A stretch of DNA of 18,976 nucleotides from a virus. This document shows, one piece after another, positions 1 through 6,155 of the stretch; the first letter of the stretch is position 1; each line of letters starts with the position of its first letter. A program made the position numbers and the translations under genes. The notes under the pieces are model-generated. The model made no database searches. It saw nothing but the letters and a program-made list of their open reading frames with translations, and had not been told where the DNA came from. Location: the IMG/VR virus record IMGVR_UViG_3300028510_000022. The stretch is one strand, 5' to 3'.

Positions 1-144
1 ATGTACTCCCCCACCCCTTTTTGAAAAATTCCCCCAATGGAAATTTCAAAATGAAATGAAAGAGAAATTTCATTTTCAATTATTTTCAAAACTAAAATCA
101 CTAACTTATCATCTCTAAAAATCCTTTCCTTTATTTCTATATCT

Positions 145-172
145 ATTATAACACAATATAGAAAAATGTCAA
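145..172 (-). promoter_or_regulatory. Outward-facing sigma-A-type promoter inside the left ITR (TTGACA, 16-nt spacer, TGtTATAAT on the minus strand)
   Basis: On the minus strand, TTGACA is the complement of 167-172 and TATAAT is the complement of 145-150, with an extended -10 TG (complement of 151-153 reads tgt). It points toward nt 1. Confidence 0.55.
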
Positions 173-216
173 GAAAAAACTTTTAAAAATAATTTAAAAA
201 TATTTTCAAAAATCTC

Positions 217-245
217 TTGACAATTATTTCTGTATATGATATACT
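217..245 (+). promoter_or_regulatory. Inward early promoter inside the left ITR (TTGACA, 17-nt spacer, TGaTATACT)
   Basis: TTGACA lies at 217-222, the spacer is exactly 17 nt, TATACT lies at 240-245, and an extended -10 TG lies at 237-238. A phased A-tract 22-mer sits upstream at 184-205. Confidence 0.7.
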
Positions 246-328
246 AGTTATAGTTAGAAATGAGGTTGAAACATTTCTAAAAATAATTTAAAAATATTTA
301 CTCAAAACACTTGACAAGGAGAATTAAA

Positions 329-526
329 ATGTTAAAGACAAGAGAAATTGTTAGATTTACACGTTTTGACGGTTCAGTTTTTCACAGAACCTTTATAGTA
401 AAAGATAATGAAAGCTCACAAGATATTATAGAAACTTTCATCTATAACTATAATAAAACTAAGTATAAATCATCTGATATGGTTAATTATAATTATGAGG
501 TGTTAGAAGTTAAAACAATAATGTAA
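329..526 (+). CDS. Hypothetical early protein (65 aa)
   Basis: An AAGGAG site at 316-321 sits 7 nt before the ATG at 329. The TTG at 311 in the ORF track lies upstream of the RBS, so I prefer 329. I recognise no homology. Confidence 0.6.
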   Translation: MLKTREIVRFTRFDGSVFHRTFIVKDNESSQDIIETFIYNYNKTKYKSSDMVNYNYEVLEVKTIM

Positions 527-541
527 AAAAAAAAAATTTAC

Positions 542-601
542 TTTCTTATTAAGTTTAACACTTGCAAAATTTTCTTAATTGTGTTAAACTTAAATAAGAA
601 A
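542..601. promoter_or_regulatory. Long AT-rich inverted repeat (about 20-bp stem with one bulged A and a 19-nt loop), preceded by an A12 run
   Basis: 542-561 pairs with 581-601, with a594 bulged. The A12 run lies at 525-536. Read on the minus strand this is a hairpin followed by GTAAA and T12. The loop and right arm also carry a candidate + strand promoter. Confidence 0.5.
562..590 (+). promoter_or_regulatory. Candidate promoter for the replication operon (TTGCAA, 17-nt spacer, TGtTAAACT)
   Basis: TTGCAA lies at 562-567, the spacer is 17 nt, an extended -10 TG lies at 582-583, and TAAACT lies at 585-590. Confidence 0.35.
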
Positions 602-662
602 ATAAATAAAGTTTATTTTCTTAAATGTAAAAAGCAAATTTAAAGAAAGGAGAAAAAGATAG

Positions 663-935
663 TTGACTGATACACCTATAAAATGTACTTTCAACGTTAC
701 ACAGGTAACTTTTAATCTATATAAGAATGAAGATGGAAACGTGACTATCACACCCGAGACAGTGACAATCAACCAACGTAGACAGCTTCCTTATATTCAG
801 CGTTATCTGGAAGAGCGTTTTAAGGGCTATCTCACTATTGAGGTAGTAGACTATGAATACAAGAGCCTTACGGCATTTATACCATTTGCTACCGCCCTAG
901 AATACGGAGAGGAACAACCAGTGGAAGGGGTGTAA
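663..935 (+). CDS. Hypothetical early protein (90 aa, TTG start)
   Basis: An AAGGAG site at 647-652 sits 10 nt before the TTG at 663, and there is no in-frame ATG nearby. The gene is directly upstream of the terminal protein gene. Function is unknown. Confidence 0.6.
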   Translation: MTDTPIKCTFNVTQVTFNLYKNEDGNVTITPETVTINQRRQLPYIQRYLEERFKGYLTIEVVDYEYKSLTAFIPFATALEYGEEQPVEGV

Positions 936-939
936 GTAA

Positions 940-1632
940 ATGGCTTTAACACCAAAACAAAGGAAGGTACAACGGGACTACTTAACAAGAAAGAAAAGAA
1001 CTTTACAACGTCAGGGCGCTTCTAATGCAGAAATAAAAGCCTTTATGGGTGGACGGTGGGACTTTTCAGGAATGAGTGACAAGGCTCTAGAACGAGCCTA
1101 CAACGAGGTAAAAGGCAAGGGACGGACGCAAGTTTTCGGAAACCATGTCTACACTAGTGACTATGTGAAAAAGGCTAAGGCTTGGTACGGCGATAAGTTT
1201 TCAACCGAAAAACTTACGCAAGGCTTTCGCAGTTCTCAACGCTCAGACTTGAACCGCTTTCACTCAGCTAAAGAGGTCAAAGAATACCGCTCACAACGTG
1301 ACAGAGAAGCTAAAGAGCGTTATATATCAGCACTGGAAGAAATGCACTACAACACCAGAGAATCAGGGAACAAGGCGCAAGAAAAAGCCTTTAAACAAAT
1401 GATTTCACGCATAAGGAGAATGAGTGCTAGCAACTTTGGGGCTTTCCTTACGGGTGGAGCTTCTGACAAGGTTTCATTTGATAATGTTATGGTTTTTGTA
1501 GATACAGACGGCAAAGATACAGCTTTTGAATTTCAGGATAGTTTAGCCCGTGAAATCCTTGATAATGTAGACAAGTTTTCTAAGCAATTTGTGGCAGACA
1601 CACGCAGACGAAAGAAACGAGGTAAGAAGTGA
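940..1632 (+). CDS. Terminal protein (primer for DNA replication), 230 aa
   Basis: The gene sits immediately upstream of the protein-primed DNA polymerase gene and overlaps it (GTGA). It has a basic N-terminus (MALTPKQRKVQRDYLTRKKR) like the phi29 terminal protein. Its size fits the roughly 28 kDa terminal protein reported for Cp-1-type phages. Confidence 0.7.
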   Translation: MALTPKQRKVQRDYLTRKKRTLQRQGASNAEIKAFMGGRWDFSGMSDKALERAYNEVKGKGRTQVFGNHVYTSDYVKKAKAWYGDKFSTEKLTQGFRSSQRSDLNRFHSAKEVKEYRSQRDREAKERYISALEEMHYNTRESGNKAQEKAFKQMISRIRRMSASNFGAFLTGGASDKVSFDNVMVFVDTDGKDTAFEFQDSLAREILDNVDKFSKQFVADTRRRKKRGKK

Positions 1633-3335
1633 CTTGCTACTATGCAGGCGACTTTGAAACAACTACAAACGAGGAAGAAACAGAGGTTTGGCTATCTTGT
1701 TTTACCAAGGTTATTGACTATGACAAGCTAGATACATTTAAGGTAAATACAAGCCTTGAAGGCTTTCTAAAAGCGCTCTATCTTGATCTAGACAAGACCT
1801 ATACAGAGACAGGTGAAGATGATTTCATCATTTTCTTTCATAATCTAAAATTTGACGGCTCTTTCTTGCTATCATTCTTTCTTAATAATGATATTGAATG
1901 TACTTACTTTATCAATGACATGGGGGTATGGTATTCTATAACTTTAGAATTCCCAGACTTTACACTAACCTTTAGAGATTCTCTAAAAATCCTTAACTTT
2001 TCCATTGCGACAATGGCTGGACTTTTCAAAATGCCGATAGCAAAAGGAACAACCCCTTTACTAAAGCATAAACCAGATGAAATAAAGCCAGAATGGATTG
2101 ACTACATCCATGTAGACGTTGCAATTCTTGCCCGTGGTATCTATGCCATGTATTATGAAGAAAATTTCTCAAAATATACATCAGCTAGTGAAGCGCTAAC
2201 AGAATTTAAAAGGATTTTCAAGAAGTCAAAAAGGAAGTTTAGAGACTTTTTCCCTATCCTAGATGAAAAGGTAGACGACTTTTGCCGTAAAGCGTACCGT
2301 GGGGGCTGGACGTTCGCAAATCCTAAAACACAGGGGCGAACCTTGAAGAAGCTGATAGACATCTACGACATCAACAGTATGTACCCAGCAACCATGCTAC
2401 AAAATCCTTTACCAGTCGGAACACCTAAGCGCTATAAGGGAAAGCCCAAAGAGATAAAAGAAGGATACTATTATATCTATCATATTAAAGCTGATTTTGA
2501 CTTAAAACGTGGTCACCTTCCTACTATACAAATCAAGCGCAAATTGGACGCTTTAAGAGTTGGGGTTAGAACTAGCGACTATGTAACAACCTCCAAAAAT
2601 GAGGTTATAGACTTATATTTGACTAACTTTGACCTTGACATTTTTTTAAAACATTATGACAGCTCCATCATGTACGTTGAAACCCTTGAATTTCAGACAG
2701 AATCAGGCTTATTTGATGATTACATCACAACATACAGATACAAGAAAGAAAACGCTCAAAGCCCAGCCGAAAAGCAAAAGGCGAAAATCATGCTTAATAG
2801 TTTATATGGTAAGTTTGGGGCTAAAATCATATCTGTTAAGAAACTAGCCTATCTGGACGATAAAGGGATTTTACGCTTTAAAAATGACGATGAAGAAGAC
2901 GTTCAACCCGTTTATGCACCCGTTGCCCTTTTCGTTACGTCAATAGCCCGTCACTTTATTATCTCAAACGCACAGGAAAATTATGACAATTTTCTATATG
3001 CTGATACAGATAGCTTGCATTTGTTTCATTCTGATAGCCTTGTACTTGACATTGACCCGTCAGAGTTTGGCAAGTGGGCGCATGAGGGTAGAGCCGTAAA
3101 GGCAAAATATCTACGCTCAAAGCTCTACATAGAAGAACTAATACAAGAAGACGGAAGCACACACCTAGACGTTAAGGGCGCTGGAATGACCCCAGAAATC
3201 AAAGAAAAAATAACCTTTGAAAACTTTGTCATAGGTGCAACATTTGAGGGCAAGCGTGCCAGTAAGCAGATAAAAGGGGGAACTCTTATTTATGAAACAA
3301 CCTTTAAAATCAGAGAATCAGACTATCTTATTTGA
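1629..3335 (+). CDS. Protein-primed family-B DNA polymerase (phi29 gp2-like), 568 aa
   Basis: Exonuclease motifs are present: Exo I DFETTT, Exo II HNLKFDGSF and Exo III YIHVDVAIL. Polymerase motifs are present: motif A DINSMYPATM, motif B KIMLNSLYGKFG and motif C LYADTDSLH. The GTG start at 1629 has GAGGT 5 nt upstream. The N-terminus MTCYYAGDFETTT parallels phi29 ...YSCDFETTT. Confidence 0.95.
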   Translation: MTCYYAGDFETTTNEEETEVWLSCFTKVIDYDKLDTFKVNTSLEGFLKALYLDLDKTYTETGEDDFIIFFHNLKFDGSFLLSFFLNNDIECTYFINDMGVWYSITLEFPDFTLTFRDSLKILNFSIATMAGLFKMPIAKGTTPLLKHKPDEIKPEWIDYIHVDVAILARGIYAMYYEENFSKYTSASEALTEFKRIFKKSKRKFRDFFPILDEKVDDFCRKAYRGGWTFANPKTQGRTLKKLIDIYDINSMYPATMLQNPLPVGTPKRYKGKPKEIKEGYYYIYHIKADFDLKRGHLPTIQIKRKLDALRVGVRTSDYVTTSKNEVIDLYLTNFDLDIFLKHYDSSIMYVETLEFQTESGLFDDYITTYRYKKENAQSPAEKQKAKIMLNSLYGKFGAKIISVKKLAYLDDKGILRFKNDDEEDVQPVYAPVALFVTSIARHFIISNAQENYDNFLYADTDSLHLFHSDSLVLDIDPSEFGKWAHEGRAVKAKYLRSKLYIEELIQEDGSTHLDVKGAGMTPEIKEKITFENFVIGATFEGKRASKQIKGGTLIYETTFKIRESDYLI

Positions 3336-3726
3336 TGGTTTTGTATGTTTGGTTTATCGTTCCTTTTTCAAAAAATTATTACAAACGCAACAGGTTAAAA
3401 ATAAAAAGGGTTATTACTTTCAAAAGTCTAGCAATGCACCTAAAAACATCATCTTTTTAAAATCGTTTTTAAAGGCTAATTATGCTTACGAAGATTTTAA
3501 CTACATCATGGCGCTTTATCAATTTGTTTCAAAAGAAATTGATAAAATTTCAATCAATGCTTTTTACAACCTATGCACCTATTTAGAAGAAAAACAAATC
3601 TTTGAATTATCTTCTAATTCTCTTTACGATTGTTACGAGAAATCAAAAAATCGTGAAAACGATTTAGAAAATCTTAATACAATCATCGCACCACTTAAAT
3701 TTTTAAAATCAACAAATGGAGAATAA
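3292..3726 (+). CDS. Hypothetical early protein (144 aa)
   Basis: The ORF overlaps the polymerase 3' end by 44 nt. An AAGGGGG site lies about 11 nt upstream of the ATG at 3292. I recognise no motifs. Confidence 0.55.
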   Translation: MKQPLKSENQTILFDGFVCLVYRSFFKKLLQTQQVKNKKGYYFQKSSNAPKNIIFLKSFLKANYAYEDFNYIMALYQFVSKEIDKISINAFYNLCTYLEEKQIFELSSNSLYDCYEKSKNRENDLENLNTIIAPLKFLKSTNGE

Positions 3727-3730
3727 ACAA

Positions 3731-4243
3731 ATGGCTAAAAAACAAGCAAAGCATGAAAATTTTGACACAGTAGTTGCTCAAGCAACTATCACAGCAACAT
3801 CAAACAAATCAGACGGCAAGTACAAGCAAAAGAAAGCTACTAAAGCCGTGTACCTTGTCCCAGCAACTGAAGAAGACGCTAAAAAGTTGACAGACTTTGG
3901 TCTACAACTTTACACACCAGACACGGAGAAAGACCCAGACGCAAAACCTTACTTTATTGTGAAAGCTACTGAAAATGTGAAAATCTTCACAAGTGAAACA
4001 GACTTTGAAGAAGTGAACTTTGGGGTATCTTATGAAGGTGTGAACCCAGAAACAGGGGAAATCACAGTCAAGAAGACCCCTAACTATAAAACAGAAACTC
4101 CTGTACACGTTGCTATCATGTTTGTAGAAGGTGGCGACAATGGAAATGACTTTTTCCGTCTCAATGCTCTCATGATGGAAGACGTGCTAACACTTGAAGA
4201 AGTGCAACCCGTGAATCCTTTTGCTGAATTGTTTGGAAAATAA
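3731..4243 (+). CDS. Hypothetical early protein (170 aa); an ssDNA-binding or DNA-binding role is possible from position only
   Basis: A GGAG site at 3718-3721 sits 9 nt before the ATG at 3731. The alternative ATG at 3716 has no RBS. This is the last gene of the left early operon. The functional guess rests only on analogy with the phi29 early gene set. Confidence 0.6.
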   Translation: MAKKQAKHENFDTVVAQATITATSNKSDGKYKQKKATKAVYLVPATEEDAKKLTDFGLQLYTPDTEKDPDAKPYFIVKATENVKIFTSETDFEEVNFGVSYEGVNPETGEITVKKTPNYKTETPVHVAIMFVEGGDNGNDFFRLNALMMEDVLTLEEVQPVNPFAELFGK

Positions 4244-4270
4244 AAAAGCGCCTTCCTAAAGGAAAGCGCC
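4242..4270 (-). terminator. Intrinsic terminator for the minus-strand small RNA
   Basis: On the minus strand the sequence reads GGCGCUUUCC-UUUA-GGAAGGCGC followed by UUUUUU. The single imperfect position is a G-U wobble on the minus strand but a C-A mismatch on the plus strand, and only the minus strand has a U-tract. Confidence 0.75.
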
Positions 4271-4390
4271 AATTATAAAGCGTTTTTTCATGGTTTAAAA
4301 AGTCAGTTGGTTAGAATGACTTGCACCGATAAGCACCCCTTAAGGTGTAACCATCTTATCAGCACTAGTTAAACCTTGAAAAGCCTTACA
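4243..4390 (-). ncRNA. Candidate pRNA-like packaging RNA (about 148 nt)
   Basis: The unit is bracketed by a consensus promoter (4397-4425, minus) and the terminator at 4242-4270, and it has no ORF. The predicted fold has a 5'/3' helix (4369-4383 pairing with 4285-4298). A bulged hairpin follows (4326-4333 pairing with 4355-4362, with an inner stem at 4334-4347). A second hairpin has stems at 4301-4305 and 4317-4321. The bulge GGUUA (complement of 4348-4352) is complementary to the loop UAACC (complement of 4309-4313). Confidence 0.6.
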
Positions 4391-4396
4391 ACTTTT

Positions 4397-4425
4397 ACTA
4401 TATCATACTTGATTTATTTTGTCAA
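4397..4425 (-). promoter_or_regulatory. Promoter of the small RNA (TTGACA, 17-nt spacer, TGaTATAGT on the minus strand)
   Basis: On the minus strand, TTGACA is the complement of 4420-4425, the spacer is exactly 17 nt, and TATAGT is the complement of 4397-4402 with an extended -10 TG. Confidence 0.7.
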
Positions 4426-4437
4426 GTATGATATACT
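4409..4437 (+). promoter_or_regulatory. Late-operon promoter (TTGATT, 17-nt spacer, TGaTATACT), overlapping the divergent small-RNA promoter
   Basis: TTGATT lies at 4409-4414, an extended -10 TG lies at 4429-4430, and TATACT lies at 4432-4437. It shares the ATGATATAnT core seen in the ITR promoter and at 14573-14582. An RBS and the scaffold gene ATG at 4466 follow. Confidence 0.6.
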
Positions 4438-4465
4438 TTTGTTAAAAAATTGAAAGGAGAGGGCT

Positions 4466-4756
4466 ATGACCTCACTAGAATGTTTAGAAATTCTAAACAA
4501 TGCAATTTCTAAAGTCGGAAACGATGAAGAAATTGAAAGCCTAACAACAGACTTGATGGACATCAAGAATTTTGTGGGCGAAGTTGATTTAACCGTCTCA
4601 GTCTTGAATGAAGACGTTGAGCGCTTAAACAAGAAAAACGGCGAATTACGTTCAGCTAATAACGAACTATACCGCCGTTTAGGGGCGCAAGATGAAATCA
4701 TGAAAAAGGCTAATGAAGACATGAGCGTAGTATCAGCAATCAATGCTGTTATTTAA
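4466..4756 (+). CDS. Scaffolding protein (phi29 gp7-like), 96 aa
   Basis: This small coiled-coil protein is encoded just upstream of the capsid gene. The segment ANNELYRRLGAQDE resembles phi29 gp7 SNSKLFRQIGLTEK as I recall it. phi29 gp7 is 98 aa. Confidence 0.65.
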   Translation: MTSLECLEILNNAISKVGNDEEIESLTTDLMDIKNFVGEVDLTVSVLNEDVERLNKKNGELRSANNELYRRLGAQDEIMKKANEDMSVVSAINAVI

Positions 4757-4774
4757 TAGAAAGGAAAAAGGAAA

Positions 4775-4999
4775 ATGAAACAGTTTTCTAAAAATATTAA
4801 CTGGTATCCAAACAACACGCTTGAAGCGTTAAAAGATGAACCAGAAACAGTCGCAGAAGTGACACCACCAGCAACCATGCCAGCTGACACACCAGCGCAA
4901 GAAGTGCCAAACTACCCAGCGCAAGCCCCAGCTACTGAAGTCGAGGGCGTAGAAATGAACATCAACCACGAAAACGTGGTAGAAGAAGGAGAAGAATAA
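4775..4999 (+). CDS. Hypothetical acidic Pro/Ala-rich protein (74 aa)
   Basis: The ORF has an RBS (AAAGGAAAAAGGA) and lies between the scaffold and capsid genes. Its low-complexity PA-rich centre gives no functional assignment. Confidence 0.55.
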   Translation: MKQFSKNINWYPNNTLEALKDEPETVAEVTPPATMPADTPAQEVPNYPAQAPATEVEGVEMNINHENVVEEGEE

Positions 5000-5001
5000 A
5001 G

Positions 5002-6099
5002 ATGGCTAATAAAATTACCACTTTTTTATCAAACACCACAGGCAAGAACATTTCAAACATTGACCTATTGAACTCTATCCGCACCCGTGCAAGTGCTGAC
5101 TATCAGGCTGATATTCCCGTGCTTGAAGGCGCACGAATCAACCATGCAACCGTACCCTATCAGGATTTTGAGAAACACGCAAATGAGTTTTTTAAAGCTC
5201 TTGTAAATCGTATTGGTTCAACTGTTATCAAAGCCCTTACTTATGAAAATCCACTAGCTATTTTCAAGTCTGAAACGTTTGAGTTCGGGGACACATTGCA
5301 AGAAATCTATGTACACCCAGCTGATAAGAAAACTTATGACGCTAAGTCAGACGTCAGCCCGTTCAAGTTTGCAGATACTAACATTGAAGTATTCTATCAC
5401 ACTTTGAACAATGAAAACTATTATGAGCGCACTTTTGAACGTGCTTGGATTCAGAAAGCTTTTGTTTCTGACATGGCTTTTGATGAATTTGTAGATAAGA
5501 TGTTTACATCTCTTTTGTCATCAGACACGCTGGACGAGTATCAAGCTATCAAGGGCGTACTTGAGAAATCACTTGCTGAAGTTTCTTACACTGACCTTAC
5601 AGGAACAACTAAGAAAATTACAGTAGCTGGTACTAAGATTGACGAAACAAAATCTGATTTTGTGGTAGACTTTAACCAATCACTAATCAATCAGTCTAAA
5701 CGCTTTACAATTCCAAGCCGTACCCAATTTAACAACCCAGTGGGTGTACCTAACATGACGGCTATTGAAGACCAATACCTAGTTATTTCAGCAGAATTTT
5801 CTACCCATCTTGATATGTTACTTGCTAACGCTTTCAACATGGACAAGGCAAGCGTGCTTGCTCGCACTATTGTAGTTGATGATTTTGAAAAATTCACAGG
5901 TGCAGGTGCAAATAATGGACGTAAGCCAGTTGCTTTCTTGATTTCTGCTAAGTCTATCATTAACAAAGATAAACTAGTACACATGGAATCAATCCGTAAT
6001 CCACGTAACATAACCTACAATTATTTTTACCATCACCACTATTTGACTAGTCTCTCACTTTTTGAGAATATTCATTTCTGGTATGTGGAGGAAGCCTAA
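5002..6099 (+). CDS. Major capsid (head) protein, 365 aa
   Basis: Position, size and a strong GGAG RBS support the call. It is followed by a strong intrinsic terminator, as expected for the most abundant late product. The synteny scaffold-capsid-portal matches phi29 and Cp-1-type phages. Confidence 0.8.
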   Translation: MANKITTFLSNTTGKNISNIDLLNSIRTRASADYQADIPVLEGARINHATVPYQDFEKHANEFFKALVNRIGSTVIKALTYENPLAIFKSETFEFGDTLQEIYVHPADKKTYDAKSDVSPFKFADTNIEVFYHTLNNENYYERTFERAWIQKAFVSDMAFDEFVDKMFTSLLSSDTLDEYQAIKGVLEKSLAEVSYTDLTGTTKKITVAGTKIDETKSDFVVDFNQSLINQSKRFTIPSRTQFNNPVGVPNMTAIEDQYLVISAEFSTHLDMLLANAFNMDKASVLARTIVVDDFEKFTGAGANNGRKPVAFLISAKSIINKDKLVHMESIRNPRNITYNYFYHHHYLTSLSLFENIHFWYVEEA

Positions 6100-6110
6100 A
6101 GGCTGACCGA

Positions 6111-6136
6111 GGGCGGGCAATAGCCCGCCCTTTTTA
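6111..6136 (+). terminator. Intrinsic terminator after the capsid gene
   Basis: GGGCGGGC (6111-6118), loop AATA, GCCCGCCC (6123-6130), then TTTTT (6131-6135). Confidence 0.85.
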
Positions 6137-6155
6137 TAATATGAAAGGGGACTAA

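Larger units (their letters stand above)
1..319. repeat. Left inverted terminal repeat (319 bp), exact reverse complement of 18658..18976
   Basis: The reverse complement of the last 319 nt reads identically to nt 1-319. Identity breaks at 320 (a) versus the complement of 18657 (g). The window starts and ends exactly on the repeat, as expected for a complete linear genome capped by terminal protein. Confidence 0.93.

Noticed and set aside
1-40. G-quadruplex on the strand complementary to the terminal C-tracts
   Set aside because: Only three G-runs are available (G5, G4, G5), so a canonical four-run quadruplex is not supported without splitting runs.
311-338. TTGACA at 311-316 as a functional left-end promoter, and TTG 311 as the start of the first gene
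   Set aside because: The only -10 candidate (TAAAGA at 333-338, 16-nt spacer) is poor, and it would place the TSS downstream of the ATG at 329. The TTG at 311 is the -35 hexamer itself and lies upstream of the AAGGAG RBS.
590-772. 60-aa minus-strand ORF in the ORF track
   Set aside because: It overlaps the hairpin/promoter region and the RBS-supported + strand gene at 663. It has no RBS and a low-complexity hydrophobic translation typical of an AT-rich shadow frame.
2153-3162. Three ORFs inside the DNA polymerase gene (2153-2362 minus, 2656-2847 plus, 2959-3162 minus)
   Set aside because: They lie entirely inside a gene with unambiguous family-B polymerase motifs in another frame. They have no RBS and their composition looks like noise.
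4248-4269. Reading the 4248-4269 hairpin as the + strand terminator of the left early operon
   Set aside because: On the + strand the stem has a C-A mismatch and is followed by CAATTAT rather than a U-tract. It fits the minus strand much better, although some + strand pausing or termination cannot be excluded.
3902-4743. Minus-strand ORFs 3902-4108, 4084-4272 and 4414-4743
   Set aside because: These are antisense shadows of the last early gene and of the scaffold gene. The 4084-4272 ORF would also run through the minus-strand terminator hairpin. None has a Shine-Dalgarno sequence.
5691-6011. 106-aa minus-strand ORF inside the capsid gene
   Set aside because: It is an antisense shadow of a highly supported structural gene, with no RBS or promoter context.
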